Origin: a virus
Virus record (IMG/VR): IMGVR_UViG_3300023179_000029
Span: 1-64,000 of that record
DNA length: 64,000 nt
Direction: 5' to 3' (one strand)
Shown here: positions 26,556-37,194 of the stretch, one piece after another
Position numbering within the stretch: the stretch's first letter is position 1
Layout: the number at the start of each line of letters is the position of its first letter
Notes under the pieces: generated by a model
The model's database searches: none
The model's input: the letters and a program-made list of their open reading frames with translations, nothing else
Told to the model about the DNA's origin: nothing
Translations under genes and position numbers: made by a program

Positions 26556-27799
26556 GCATTACCCAGACGTACCTTGATCTTGATGAAGAGATTTTTCATC
26601 ATCTAGGAAAGCCAGAATCAATTGGCCACCTTCAAGCCGAACAAGTGTCTTCTGACATCATCGAAGACAAAAATATCAAGGCCATTTTTGATTGGCAAAT
26701 GAATTACATTCGGGATTATGGCACACCGGCCACTCCCGCAGTCATTCAAGATGAGTTCGGTATTGCTCCGGGTGATACTCAAACGGTTATTGGAGATCTA
26801 ATTAACCGTATGCGAGAGCGGTACATTCGCACCTATGGTCGCGACGTAATTCGTAATATCGCTGAGCTTGCAAATGTAGAGCCGCTTGCGGTGTCCAAGG
26901 AAATGCTTCGCGCTGGTCGGGATCTTGCCGACTTAACTTTGAAGCGGGGCGAGGTTTTTGGATCAGGCGATTATCACCGAGCTATGGCCATGTACGACAA
27001 GAAAGCTCTTCAGGGTCGCGGCCCAAGTCTTGGTTTCCGTGAAATTGATGATCACTTTAACGGCATGCAAGGTGTGACGTTCCTAATCGCGGCTCCTAAA
27101 ACTTATAAGAGTTGGATGACGATTAAGATGGTCCTTAACAACATTGTGTCAGAGGACGAGCATTTTCCTTATCTTTATTCATTGGAGCTTCCCGCAAACG
27201 AGAGTGATATGCGTCTTCGTTGCATGGCCGCAGATGTTCCATATTGGAAGTATCTCAAAAATTGTCTTATGCCAGAGGATCGCAGGGCTATCGAGGACGC
27301 TTCTGAATTTATGGACGAGCGTGGTCAGTTTAAGATTGAAAAGCCCGATCAGGGTGAGCGTGGAGTTCAGCGCATGGTTGAGCGCGCTATCAATGCTGGT
27401 GCATCTTGCATTTTTATTGATCAGCTTCAGTACATTGAAAATCGCAAGGGTCTAAACCTTGGAGCGCAGAATAATACGGGAGATTACTTTGAAGTCGTAA
27501 ATGATCTTCGTAATTATTCGGATGAGATTCCGATTTTCATTGTTCACCAGTTCAATCGTTCAGTTATGAATTCTAGTGAAATGCCCGAGATGCAACAGGG
27601 CAAGGGGTCATCGGCAATTGAAGAAGTTGCCACTCTCTCACTTGGTCTTTGGGCAAGTAAGGATATGCGCAATAGTAATATGCTTCAAGTTGGTACCCTC
27701 GCATCAAGAAATTATTCATACGAAACTTGGGAAGTAGGAGTGCAACTTTCTCATGGTTGTCGTTTTGACATGATTGGCCCGGTAGATAATGACGGTTGA
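26552..27799 (+). CDS. dnaB: DnaB-like replicative helicase
   Basis: IAAPKTYKS, SLE, IFIDQLQ, HQFNR, GSSAIEE. Confidence 0.88.
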   Translation: MSITQTYLDLDEEIFHHLGKPESIGHLQAEQVSSDIIEDKNIKAIFDWQMNYIRDYGTPATPAVIQDEFGIAPGDTQTVIGDLINRMRERYIRTYGRDVIRNIAELANVEPLAVSKEMLRAGRDLADLTLKRGEVFGSGDYHRAMAMYDKKALQGRGPSLGFREIDDHFNGMQGVTFLIAAPKTYKSWMTIKMVLNNIVSEDEHFPYLYSLELPANESDMRLRCMAADVPYWKYLKNCLMPEDRRAIEDASEFMDERGQFKIEKPDQGERGVQRMVERAINAGASCIFIDQLQYIENRKGLNLGAQNNTGDYFEVVNDLRNYSDEIPIFIVHQFNRSVMNSSEMPEMQQGKGSSAIEEVATLSLGLWASKDMRNSNMLQVGTLASRNYSYETWEVGVQLSHGCRFDMIGPVDNDG

Positions 27800-27995
27800 T
27801 GAACGTGAACAAAGAGCATATGATTTAGCTCTATCTTGTCACCGTTGCGAATTACCAACTGATGCAATTCTTGATCCAAAAACAAGAAAATGGAAAACAT
27901 ATTGCGAATGTGGTAAAACTGACGAGCATGACGCAAAACGCATTTTTGACGAAGTACAAGAGCTAATCAAAACTATTCCAGCAAAGAAAAAATGA
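27789..27995 (+). CDS. Small Zn-ribbon protein
   Basis: CHRC..CECG. Confidence 0.6.
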   Translation: MTVDEREQRAYDLALSCHRCELPTDAILDPKTRKWKTYCECGKTDEHDAKRIFDEVQELIKTIPAKKK

Positions 27996-28993
27996 AAGCT
28001 TATTTTGACATTGTTCAAGATATTGATGTAGACGAGTTTGAGAACGCCATTGGATTTGAACCAATGGGTCACAATGAAAGCGGAGAGGATTGGGGCCAAT
28101 GCCCCGACCCTTGGAGCCTGCATAAGCACGGTGATCGCACCGGCAAATTTGCCATCAATCGTGAAAAGAAAGTGTACAACTGTTTCGTTTGCGGTGGCGG
28201 GAATTTACTTTCTCTTACGATGGCGATTCGCAATTGTGAAGAAAGTGAAGCCGTTGAATGGCTACGTCAATTTGCATCTAAGGCATTTCAAAGCGATGAA
28301 GATTTCCTCAGTGAGATAGATCGTTTGATGACTCAAAAAGATCGCGAGGAGGAATCTACGTTGCCATGGTTCAATGCGCATGTGCTTTGGATGTGGGAAG
28401 AAGTCGATCATCCATGGTTTGAAGAACGGGGTATCACTGAAAAAGTAAGAAAGACTTACCGCCTTGGCGTTAATACAAATACTGTTCGTAAATTAAATGA
28501 TCAAGAGTTTGTATCTGAATCAATTGTACTTCCTCATTTTTGGCAGGAAAAGCTAGTCGGCTGGCAAAATCGTTGGATTGGTGAAAGACCAAAGTGGGTG
28601 CCTAAGTACACTAATACTGGAGATTTTCCAAAAAAGACAACTTTGTACGGATTAGATTTGGCGATTCAGTACGACAAACCCATCGTTGTCGTTGAATCTG
28701 TTCCAACCGTTTTGTATTTGGCATCATTGGATATTCCCGCAGTAGCAACTTTTGGAGCCACTGTCAGTAAAGAACAAATGAAGTGTTTGAGACGGTGGCA
28801 ACCCGGCATCATTCTTGCTCAAGACAATGATCAAGCCGGTGATAAATGGCGCAATGACCTTATTGAATATTTAGATCGATACGTTCCGGTTATGGAAATG
28901 GAAATTGCATGGGAAGACGATATTGGCGAGACTCGCATGGTCGAAAATCCAGAAGTAACAATTGGGCTTTATAATCACCCCATTTTTATATAG
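27992..28993 (+). CDS. dnaG: DNA primase (CHC2-like Zn finger plus TOPRIM)
   Basis: CP..H.HGD..YNCFVCGGG; PKY.N; VVVES; AQDNDQAG. Confidence 0.88.
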   Translation: MKAYFDIVQDIDVDEFENAIGFEPMGHNESGEDWGQCPDPWSLHKHGDRTGKFAINREKKVYNCFVCGGGNLLSLTMAIRNCEESEAVEWLRQFASKAFQSDEDFLSEIDRLMTQKDREEESTLPWFNAHVLWMWEEVDHPWFEERGITEKVRKTYRLGVNTNTVRKLNDQEFVSESIVLPHFWQEKLVGWQNRWIGERPKWVPKYTNTGDFPKKTTLYGLDLAIQYDKPIVVVESVPTVLYLASLDIPAVATFGATVSKEQMKCLRRWQPGIILAQDNDQAGDKWRNDLIEYLDRYVPVMEMEIAWEDDIGETRMVENPEVTIGLYNHPIFI

Positions 28994-29011
28994 ATCTGAC
29001 ACATAATTTAT

Positions 29012-29176
29012 ATGAAAAAGTATACAGGTGTTGAAAAAACAGAACTTTTATCCGCTGAAAAACACAGCGTAATTAGTTCTGTCATGAAGAGGTTTAATAA
29101 GACCTCTGCGCAACAACTTTCTGATGATGAAAGGGTTGAATTAAATAAAGCCCTTGAATCTGATGAAAAAGTATGA
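29012..29176 (+). CDS. Small hypothetical protein (54 aa, below the ORF-track cutoff)
   Basis: MKKYTGVEKTELLSAEKHSVISSVMKRFNKTSAQQLSDDERVELNKALESDEKV fills the intergenic gap. Confidence 0.55.
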   Translation: MKKYTGVEKTELLSAEKHSVISSVMKRFNKTSAQQLSDDERVELNKALESDEKV

Positions 29177-29240
29177 TATATTCATATTTGTAAATCGGTA
29201 AAGAGCCTCGTTGTAGGCCATAAATACGAAAGGAATTAAT

Positions 29241-30224
29241 ATGCCGAATTATCAGCCCCGTAGGGGCCTTGGTGCAGTTGAACAGGCTGCAAGCCGCAAG
29301 GGCGGCAAGAAGGTTCGTGGTTTTGCCCCCGAGATCCGTTGGCGCGAAGATGGCGAGAAGAAGTACATTCTTGTTCTCTCTAGTTTTGAGGCCGAGGATC
29401 CCAATGGCGTAGTTGTTGCCGACCTACATGAGTTTATTCCCGTAGGGACGGCAGAAAAGGCCAATGGCGAGACTTATACCCGTTATGAGTCTTTCATTTC
29501 CCGTAAGGATCCAATCTCAGGTAGTGAGGAATATGATGATCTTGAGGATCGTCTTGGTAACAAGCCTCGCACCCGTTGCATTGGTGTTGCCCTTGAGCTT
29601 GAGCCTGAGTTTGAGGTTATTAAGGGTCGTAAGAAGCCCGTTGGTTTTACAGTTAAGACCGACACATTTACCCGTAAGACCGATGATGGCGATGAGGAAG
29701 TCACTCAGCCGACTATCGGACTTATTATTCAGTCAGCATTTCTCGTATGGTCGCCCCTCGGCTCACTTGATGAGTCACAGGGTCCGCTAAGCGAGCTTCC
29801 CATTGAGGTAACTCGTCGTGGCAAGGATGTTAATTCTCGTTACGATTTCGTTCATTACCCCAACATGGAAGTTGATCTATCAGGTCTTTTTGAGAACCTT
29901 GATGGCATCACTTACATTTCTGATGAACTTCAGGATGTTAAGGGTGAAATTGCTGAGAAGGCTGACATTGAAGCTGCACAGCTTGTCGGACAGATTCTCA
30001 TGGACAAGCGCCTTCATGAGCTTTCTGATAAGGAACGCTACGAGGAGCTTGTTACTCCAATTGAGCATATTGAGCAGCGCTTTGGCGGAGGCCGTAAGAA
30101 GCCCGCTGCCAAGGCACCTGTAAAGGTTGCTGCACCTGTTAGCACCGCCTCTGGCGTAGAGGACAGCCGTCAGTCGTTTGATCGACTGAAGGAGCGCTTT
30201 GCTAACAGCGCAAATGCCAGTTAA
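29241..30224 (+). CDS. Putative ssDNA-binding/replication protein
   Basis: 327 aa between primase and dnaE; EVTRRGKD..SRYDF motif like phage gp32-type SSBs; strong RBS. Confidence 0.5.
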   Translation: MPNYQPRRGLGAVEQAASRKGGKKVRGFAPEIRWREDGEKKYILVLSSFEAEDPNGVVVADLHEFIPVGTAEKANGETYTRYESFISRKDPISGSEEYDDLEDRLGNKPRTRCIGVALELEPEFEVIKGRKKPVGFTVKTDTFTRKTDDGDEEVTQPTIGLIIQSAFLVWSPLGSLDESQGPLSELPIEVTRRGKDVNSRYDFVHYPNMEVDLSGLFENLDGITYISDELQDVKGEIAEKADIEAAQLVGQILMDKRLHELSDKERYEELVTPIEHIEQRFGGGRKKPAAKAPVKVAAPVSTASGVEDSRQSFDRLKERFANSANAS

Positions 30225-30474
30225 TAGATCGCATCTCCGTTTTGCCATGGATCGCATCGATGATTTCGGTGCGGTCCATGCTGGAGATGACATAGAAGGA
30301 AAAATTGATGCCCTAGCTCTCGTTTTAGAAGCAATTGGGTTAGATGAATCTGCCGTTTATGCTATGATGGAATGGATTCGCAGTAAAGACGGTCACGGAC
30401 AAGAAGGAGCATTTATTCTTGGTGTGATTGTTGGTATTATGGCTTACGAAAACATGATCGAAAAGGAAAATTAA
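30199..30474 (+). CDS. Hypothetical protein
   Basis: Short ORF filling the gap before dnaE (likely start ATG 30214). Confidence 0.6.
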   Translation: MLTAQMPVNRSHLRFAMDRIDDFGAVHAGDDIEGKIDALALVLEAIGLDESAVYAMMEWIRSKDGHGQEGAFILGVIVGIMAYENMIEKEN

Positions 30475-33400
30475 TTGTCAACATTTGCACCAATTCACAA
30501 TCACACAGAATATTCAGCACTAGACGGTCTAGCAACTGCGAGAGAAATTGCACAGCGTTGTATTGAGATTGGATGCAATTGTTGCGGCATTACCGACCAC
30601 GGCACAGTTAGTGGTCACCTTGAATTTGCCAAGACAATGGCAGAGTTTGATATTAAGCCCGTGTTTGGTTGCGAGCTTTATCACGGAACTAAAGCAAAGT
30701 TTGAAAAGCATGAGCGCGATCAGGCTCATTTCATTGCTGGTGCAATGACCGATGAGGGTCTTCGTAATCTTTGGCGACTTGTTGACGATGCCTCTGGCAA
30801 TTATCGATTTGTAGGCCGGGTTAATTGGGATATGCTTAAGAAGCGTAGCGAAGGTCTTTTTGCAACCTCTGCTTGCATTCAAGGATTGGTTGCTCAGGGT
30901 GTTATGAATGGTGATCCTTATGAGCCGCTCAATAAGTATCTTGAGATTTTCAAGGACAATTTTTATATTGAAATTCATACCTACCCCGGCGAAGAGCATA
31001 TGGCTCTTAACACCATTCTTGTCGGGATTGCGCAGGAGCGAGGCATCCCGCTTATTTATGCGACTGACGCGCACTTTGCCAGTCCTGAACAATACGAGGT
31101 ACATGACGCCTTTGTAGCTATGCAAACTGGCGAAAATGTTTATATGCCAACTGAGGATCGCAAGATGTGGCACCCTAAGTCGCTTTATATTCAAGACGAG
31201 GCCCAGATTCGTGAATCACTCAATTATCTTCCCGAGTCAGCGATTGATGAGGCGTTGCGCAATTCACAAGATCTTGCAGATAAATGTAATGCATCTCTTC
31301 CTGAGGTTAACCGCCACCTTCCAACTTTCATTCCTAAAGATTGCCCATGGACTAAAAACGATGGGTCAGCCGCAGAATTATTCTTTCAGTTGGTCGAAGA
31401 CGGTTTGCATAAGCGGTACGGAGATCCCGGCCCTGAGATTTGGGATCGCGCAGGCCGAGAGATGGAAGTATTCCTTGATGCCGGACTAGAGCATTACTTT
31501 TTGCAGGCATGGGACTTTTGCGAGTTTTGCAATAAGAACGGAATCAAGCGCGGCCCCGGTCGTGGTTCTGCCGCAGGAGCAATCGTGTCTTATGCCCTTG
31601 GCATTACAGATATCGATCCTATGAAGTACGGGCTAATTTTTGAAAGGTTTTACAATCCGGGTCGTGAAGATGGTTACCCCGATATTGATAATGATTTTCC
31701 CGTGGCTGAGCGTAAGCGCGTCCGCCAATACCTTATGGACAGATGGGGCGATGATAACGTCAAGACCATCGGTACAATTACCCGTCTTAAACCTAAGGCT
31801 GCACTAGACAGGACTTACAAGGCTTGCAATATTTCTTGGGACGAGAAGGAAGATCTTAAAAAGATCATTGACAAGGTTCCCGATATTGACATTCTTGGAT
31901 CAGACTCAATTGGTTGGTCAGAAGACGTTGATCCCGGCAAGACTATTTATGTTATGGATCATGTTGGCGATGAGGTTCTTGAATGGGCCGACAATGATCG
32001 CCGTAAATATTGGCTTGATATTGTTGAAATCATTACATCGCGTATTTCAGGATATGGCGTTCACCCATCAGGAGTTGTTGTTGCCGATGTGCCTCTTAAC
32101 GACGAGCTTCCATGCATGTGGAACCGTCAGCAGGAAGTACAGGTAACCTGTTTTCCAATGGCCGATGTTGATAAGCGCATGTTCGTCAAACAGGATCTTC
32201 TTGGTCTTCGCAACCTTGATACATTGCAGGAATGGGAGAATGAATCGGGCAATATTATTGATTGGTCAAAGCTTGATGACGGCCCAACTGAAATGTGGGA
32301 GATGCTTGATCAGGGATTGACTCTGGGCGTATTCCAAATTGAGAAGGGATACGCTAGGCAGCTTTGTAAGGAGTTCAAGCCGCGATCTATCGAAGACCTT
32401 GGGATTATTGTTTCTTTGAACCGTCCGGGTCCAATTCGCTCCGGTGCGCCGCAGTCATTCATCAATCGTCGTAATGGTGTTGAAGCAGTAAGTTACGATC
32501 ATCCAATTCTTGAGGATATCCTTGAGCCAACTTATGGATGGTTCTTGTATCAAGAGCAGGTTATTGCTTTCTTTAACAAGCTTGGCTATTCGCTTTCTGA
32601 ATCCGATGCAGTTCGTAAGATCCTTGGTAAGAAGAAGCCCGAGCAGATGGTCGCACTTTACAACGGTGAGGGTGAATGGAAGGATCGCGGGTTTGTTCAG
32701 GTGTGTCTTGAAAATTATATTGATCAAAGCACCCTTGACATCATTTGGAATAAGCTGGAGGATTTTGCTAAGTATTCATTCAATAAGTCACATGCTATTG
32801 CATATGCCACGATTGCCTTCAGGACGCTTTACGCTAAGTACACTGCGCCCGCTGAATTCTTGATGGCCTGTATTCGAACAAATCCCGATGCCGCTGGCGA
32901 GTATGTTGCCGAGGGTCGTAGAATGGGCATTAATGTTATGCCACCAGATATCCTTAAGTCGCAAAAGGATATCGCTGTCGTTGACAATCAAATCGTTTTT
33001 GGATTCTTCAACATCAAGGGAATCGGCAAGAATGCAGCAGAGCGGATTATTGAATTCAGAGAAAAGTATGACATTACATCGCCTGAAAAGTTGTCAGACG
33101 CTATTGATCAAGAGCAGGATCTTTGGGAGTGGGCCAAGCAGGATGCAAAGAAGAAAGGTGAGCCATATAATGTTCGCTCACCCCGACAGACAGTTACAGC
33201 AAACAGGATCCCTGCTTTGTACGACGCAGGCGCATGGGATAATTACGAAACCCGTGACATCTCTTTAAGCGAAAAGCAAAAGCTAGAGCGGCAGATGCTT
33301 GGCGTCATCCTTACCGATGAAACCAATCAGGTATTTGCAATCAATCAAGATATGGTTGACGAATGTGATGAGTATGTTGATCTGGAATACGGCGAAGATG

Positions 33401-33642
33401 GAATCATTGTTAAACTTCCGGGCGTCGTATCTAGTTGCGTTGAAAGGTACACAAAGAAGGATGGCAAAGCAATGGGTATCGTCAATATTGAATATCAAGG
33501 CGAGGCCGTAGAGTTTGTTGTTTTCCCGAAGGATTGGGATGCATATAAGTTTGTATGGAAGGAAATGACTCCGGGTATATTTAGCTTGACAAAAACAGAA
33601 AAAGGTGTTAAATTTAATGACGCCACGGTATTAAGGAAATAA
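30475..33642 (+). CDS. dnaE: DNA polymerase III alpha subunit
   Basis: PHP HNHTEYS.LDG, TDHG; GPGRGSAAG; PDIDND; HPSG; KQDLLGLRNL; YQEQ; YSFNKSH; no intein evident at 1055 aa. Confidence 0.97.
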   Translation: MSTFAPIHNHTEYSALDGLATAREIAQRCIEIGCNCCGITDHGTVSGHLEFAKTMAEFDIKPVFGCELYHGTKAKFEKHERDQAHFIAGAMTDEGLRNLWRLVDDASGNYRFVGRVNWDMLKKRSEGLFATSACIQGLVAQGVMNGDPYEPLNKYLEIFKDNFYIEIHTYPGEEHMALNTILVGIAQERGIPLIYATDAHFASPEQYEVHDAFVAMQTGENVYMPTEDRKMWHPKSLYIQDEAQIRESLNYLPESAIDEALRNSQDLADKCNASLPEVNRHLPTFIPKDCPWTKNDGSAAELFFQLVEDGLHKRYGDPGPEIWDRAGREMEVFLDAGLEHYFLQAWDFCEFCNKNGIKRGPGRGSAAGAIVSYALGITDIDPMKYGLIFERFYNPGREDGYPDIDNDFPVAERKRVRQYLMDRWGDDNVKTIGTITRLKPKAALDRTYKACNISWDEKEDLKKIIDKVPDIDILGSDSIGWSEDVDPGKTIYVMDHVGDEVLEWADNDRRKYWLDIVEIITSRISGYGVHPSGVVVADVPLNDELPCMWNRQQEVQVTCFPMADVDKRMFVKQDLLGLRNLDTLQEWENESGNIIDWSKLDDGPTEMWEMLDQGLTLGVFQIEKGYARQLCKEFKPRSIEDLGIIVSLNRPGPIRSGAPQSFINRRNGVEAVSYDHPILEDILEPTYGWFLYQEQVIAFFNKLGYSLSESDAVRKILGKKKPEQMVALYNGEGEWKDRGFVQVCLENYIDQSTLDIIWNKLEDFAKYSFNKSHAIAYATIAFRTLYAKYTAPAEFLMACIRTNPDAAGEYVAEGRRMGINVMPPDILKSQKDIAVVDNQIVFGFFNIKGIGKNAAERIIEFREKYDITSPEKLSDAIDQEQDLWEWAKQDAKKKGEPYNVRSPRQTVTANRIPALYDAGAWDNYETRDISLSEKQKLERQMLGVILTDETNQVFAINQDMVDECDEYVDLEYGEDGIIVKLPGVVSSCVERYTKKDGKAMGIVNIEYQGEAVEFVVFPKDWDAYKFVWKEMTPGIFSLTKTEKGVKFNDATVLRK

Positions 33643-34721
33643 TGACAGCAAACACTAAAAAAGCACAAGATTTAGCAGCAAAGTTTGAAAAAAAGTACGG
33701 ACACAAGGCCGGTTCTACAGGAGATGCAGAATGGCCACTTGATGTAATTCCAACCGGTTCACTCAGCCTTGATTATTCTCTTGGCACTGGCGGTTGGCCG
33801 ATGGGTCATTTGATTGAGGTATTTGGACCACCGGACATTGGTAAGTCATCAGTTATTGGGCTTAATGCAATTGCTAACGCTCAGGCAATGGGCAAGTTTT
33901 GCGCCATTGTTGCAGTAGAGCCGGGGTTTGATCCCGCATGGGCCGAGCGTCACGGTGTTAATACTTCCGATCTACTAGTCGTTCGCCCAAACAACGGCCA
34001 AGAAGCATTTAACATGCTTGCAGAGATCGTTTCAGGCGGAGCTAATTTTATTCTGTTTGACTCAGTTGGCGCATTGCTTCGTGAGTCAGAGGCAGAAATT
34101 GATGGCAAGCCCGCACAGGGCGGTCGTTCTGGTCTTATTACTTGGGGCGTACATAATGTTCTACAGCCAGCTTGGAAAAACAATGTTGGCATCATGTTCA
34201 TCAACCAAATTAGAGATAAGATGAATGCTCGTATGGCTGGAGTAGTTGATTCACCCGGAGGACACGCACTTAAGCACAGTTGCAGTATCCGAGTTCAGCT
34301 AAAGGCCGCTGAGTTTTATAGAGAAAAGTTAGAGAACAAGGATGAGGCCGAGGTTGGTCATAGGCTTAAGGCTACTATCCTTCGTAACAAGTTCAGCGAA
34401 GGCTCTCGCCGTACCGCAGAATTTGATTATTACAAGATGGACACATCAACCCGTAAGGTTGGCATTGACAAGGGTGCAGATGTTGTTGATGTTGCAACTA
34501 GGCTTGGCTGTATTGAAACGGCAGGAGCTTGGTACAGACATCCTTCTTTTCCCGGCGAAAAGAATCAGCTACAAGGCAAATCTTCAGTTGCAGAATTTGT
34601 AATTGAAAATCCAAAAGTGCAAGAAGCTTTACGCAAGGAAGTTCTTGAAGCAATGGTTAAAGACTCTGGGCCAATTACAAATGTAAAACCATCAATGGAG
34701 GCCATTGAAGATGGCTCGTAA
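33642..34721 (+). CDS. recA: RecA-like recombinase
   Basis: IPTGSLSLD.SLG.GG.P.G..EVFG..GKSS, FDSVGAL, FINQIR, PGGHALKH, AGAWY. Confidence 0.95.
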   Translation: MTANTKKAQDLAAKFEKKYGHKAGSTGDAEWPLDVIPTGSLSLDYSLGTGGWPMGHLIEVFGPPDIGKSSVIGLNAIANAQAMGKFCAIVAVEPGFDPAWAERHGVNTSDLLVVRPNNGQEAFNMLAEIVSGGANFILFDSVGALLRESEAEIDGKPAQGGRSGLITWGVHNVLQPAWKNNVGIMFINQIRDKMNARMAGVVDSPGGHALKHSCSIRVQLKAAEFYREKLENKDEAEVGHRLKATILRNKFSEGSRRTAEFDYYKMDTSTRKVGIDKGADVVDVATRLGCIETAGAWYRHPSFPGEKNQLQGKSSVAEFVIENPKVQEALRKEVLEAMVKDSGPITNVKPSMEAIEDGS

Positions 34722-35079
34722 AGGTACTAAGAAAGCTAGGTCAGTAGAGCATGAAAAATTCATTGCTAAATGTTATGAAGGCCGTAGATCCCCAAGTTCA
34801 GGCGCAGCGGATCACGATGCTGGCGATGTCAAGGTCGGCAATGCTAGAGTCGGCGGTATACTCTTTGAATGTAAGACTACTGGCGATGCTGAGAAACCTG
34901 CTAAGTCAACCTTAGTAACTAGAATGGAAAAGATTGCAGACGAGGCTTGGGCGTCAGGTTTAGAACCAGCTCTTGCACTTCGTTTTTATAAACCAGACTC
35001 ACGGCTGGCAGACAGTAAGGGATTTATTGATCTGGTAGTTCGCAGGGTCGCAGACGATACGGAATCATATGGCGATTAA
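34711..35079 (+). CDS. PD-(D/E)xK Holliday-junction resolvase-like nuclease
   Basis: E..IA..Y.G.R.P.SGA..GDV..LFECKT. Confidence 0.75.
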   Translation: MARKGTKKARSVEHEKFIAKCYEGRRSPSSGAADHDAGDVKVGNARVGGILFECKTTGDAEKPAKSTLVTRMEKIADEAWASGLEPALALRFYKPDSRLADSKGFIDLVVRRVADDTESYGD

Positions 35080-35812
35080 GTTAACAAAACATAGCATGGC
35101 CCGCAAGTTAGTTTCAAAGACAAAGCTTGCAGTACACATTGACCGAGCCATTGAGCAAACGGGCGACTTTGAATGGAACTACAAGTATGAACCTAAGAAG
35201 GGGGATAACGCATGGCACCCTTCTGGCGACTGCACACTTTCTGCTAGAGAACTATTTGATAAGGCATGTGGTAATACTGAAAGCGACCCAATTGGCGCTG
35301 GACTGAGGAAAACTTTCCAAGTCGGGCATTTTTGGCACGGATATCTTCAACACATTGTTGTTGAACTACTTGGTTATGCTGATTGGGACGCCATTGAGCG
35401 TTCTGGTCAAAAGGTTTGGGCAGAAGAGGATGGCAAGCCTAAAGCTTACAATTGGTGTCGTGGTTCTGCCGATATCGCTCCGGTCAAGATTCCCGGACAA
35501 GGTGAGTTCCTTGTCGATTTTAAGACAATGGGCAGTTTTGACTTCAAGCGTACAGAACTTCCAGCATGGTCCGCAGCAAAGTATGAATGCCAGATGAATA
35601 TTTATATGGACTTCTTTGATCTTGATCAAGCAATTATCGTTGCTATAAACAAGGACTCTCCCCACGAACTAAAAGAGTTTATTTTTGATCGTAACCAGCC
35701 ATTAATTGATACCATTTATGACAAATGGCACTATGTTAGTGATTGTCTGGAGAACGGCACGATTCCTGATGCAACAGAAGAGTGGGAGTTACCCATCAGA
35801 GGTTCTTTATGA
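35069..35812 (+). CDS. Cas4/RecB-family exonuclease
   Basis: HPS.DC, F.VGH.WH, GSAD..VDFKT, Q.NIYM, INKD. Confidence 0.8.
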   Translation: MAIKLTKHSMARKLVSKTKLAVHIDRAIEQTGDFEWNYKYEPKKGDNAWHPSGDCTLSARELFDKACGNTESDPIGAGLRKTFQVGHFWHGYLQHIVVELLGYADWDAIERSGQKVWAEEDGKPKAYNWCRGSADIAPVKIPGQGEFLVDFKTMGSFDFKRTELPAWSAAKYECQMNIYMDFFDLDQAIIVAINKDSPHELKEFIFDRNQPLIDTIYDKWHYVSDCLENGTIPDATEEWELPIRGSL

Positions 35813-36354
35813 GAGTTTTGGCATTTGACCCCGGCGCTGACCGCATGGGGTATGCCTTGCTTGAAACTGGGCCTAAAGAGGTTATGTCCGGCATGGACCT
35901 ATTGCCGGGATCAGGAATTAAGGGCGTTGAAAAACAGGAGGATGAAACTTATCAGGCACATCGTTTGAGGATTATTGCCTATTGGGCGCATGCTACAAAT
36001 GATTTTATAAAAGAATTTAAACCTGATATGATAGTAAATGAAATTGTGCCACCTACGGGCGGCAATGTAGGTAATGTCATCCACAGACAAAAAGCTATGG
36101 CTGCTATTACAGCGGTACAAGTAGTTGCCATTCAAAGTGGAATAGAAATCAAGCAAATTGCAGCATCAACAGTAAAAAAGAACATTGGTGGAAGTGGAAA
36201 GGCGACTAAAGTTGCCGTAAGAAACGGGGTAATTGAATTATTACCTTCAGTTGAGAGATTTAAACCAGAGTGGAAAAAAGTGTTCGATCATAGTGATGCG
36301 TTCGCAGTTGGCCTTACAGCGTTAGGATACAAAATTGAAAAGCGAACTAAGTGA
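35809..36354 (+). CDS. ruvC: RuvC-like resolvase
   Basis: VLAFDPG..GYA, E.VP, STVKK.IGGSGKATK.AV, DHSDAFAV; ATG 35809 overlaps the upstream stop. Confidence 0.88.
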   Translation: MRVLAFDPGADRMGYALLETGPKEVMSGMDLLPGSGIKGVEKQEDETYQAHRLRIIAYWAHATNDFIKEFKPDMIVNEIVPPTGGNVGNVIHRQKAMAAITAVQVVAIQSGIEIKQIAASTVKKNIGGSGKATKVAVRNGVIELLPSVERFKPEWKKVFDHSDAFAVGLTALGYKIEKRTK

Positions 36355-36715
36355 ACCGATCCCAAAGCATCGTGTTCTAAGAGAAGTGTATAGACATTAC
36401 TATACATTTAAAGAGTTATTTGCTCAAAATGGAACTCATACAATTGAACATTCATATTGGGCGCAAGACAAAGATGGAAATAAAACCAAAGAAACAATCA
36501 ACATTTCTCTATGGGATTTACATGACGCACTAGAAACGCTCTCTGCTAGAAAAAGAGAAGCTGTTTATTACAACGTCATTTTAGATAAGAAGCAGAAGGA
36601 CGTTGCAGAGATTATGGGTATTACTACTGTTTCTGTTGGTCAGTATGTTGAGCAAGCAATGATGCAGTTATCGGATCATTATTTTGCAGAGGAGAAGCTC
36701 AATGGCGTGGCATAA
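36335..36715 (+). CDS. Sigma-70 region-4-like HTH protein (candidate late transcription factor)
   Basis: DLHDALETLSARKREAV..KQKDVAEIMGITTVSV. Confidence 0.78.
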   Translation: MKSELSEPIPKHRVLREVYRHYYTFKELFAQNGTHTIEHSYWAQDKDGNKTKETINISLWDLHDALETLSARKREAVYYNVILDKKQKDVAEIMGITTVSVGQYVEQAMMQLSDHYFAEEKLNGVA

Positions 36716-37178
36716 TCGATGGAATAATTATGAAGAAGGTCTTGAGTATGAAGAAGGACGCAAGTATACAAATACTCAATTAAACCAACTTGCAGATGAT
36801 TTTCTAAGAGAAGATGCAAAGAAGGAAATTTGCCGCGAGTGTGAAAAAGAAGGCAAGGAAACTGGTAATAAAAACCCCACCTCCCAAAAAATCAAAGACG
36901 AAGAGGGTAATGAACTCGTCATTGATTTTCCAGAGTTTGAATGCGAAAATGGACACAAGTGGTATCAGGGCGAGGGCAAGGTTAAAGGCATCAAGGGCGA
37001 AGATCCCATCCTGTTTGAAGAGCATCTGTATCAGCGCAAGAGAAGAGAGATTTACACTGCCATTGGTACGCCCGATCCTTCTATTGTCGCAGGCATCTAC
37101 AACCGAACGCATCCTGATGGTAGAAAAGTCAATAGCGATGCTCAGCGTAAAAAGAACGGGGCTTCATACTATCGCTAG
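36702..37178 (+). CDS. Hypothetical Zn-binding protein
   Basis: CREC..C.NGH; likely ATG 36702 with AGGAG RBS. Confidence 0.65.
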   Translation: MAWHNRWNNYEEGLEYEEGRKYTNTQLNQLADDFLREDAKKEICRECEKEGKETGNKNPTSQKIKDEEGNELVIDFPEFECENGHKWYQGEGKVKGIKGEDPILFEEHLYQRKRREIYTAIGTPDPSIVAGIYNRTHPDGRKVNSDAQRKKNGASYYR

Positions 37179-37194
37179 TATGGTATAATGAATC

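Noticed and set aside
30475-34721. Inteins in DnaE or RecA (also checked TerL, NrdJ, DnaB)
   Set aside because: Lengths are normal and no C..HN-C/S/T splice motifs or LAGLIDADG blocks were seen.
35069-35812. CRISPR-Cas system (Cas4-like gene)
   Set aside because: No repeat-spacer array or other cas genes; solo Cas4-like nucleases are common in phage recombination modules.
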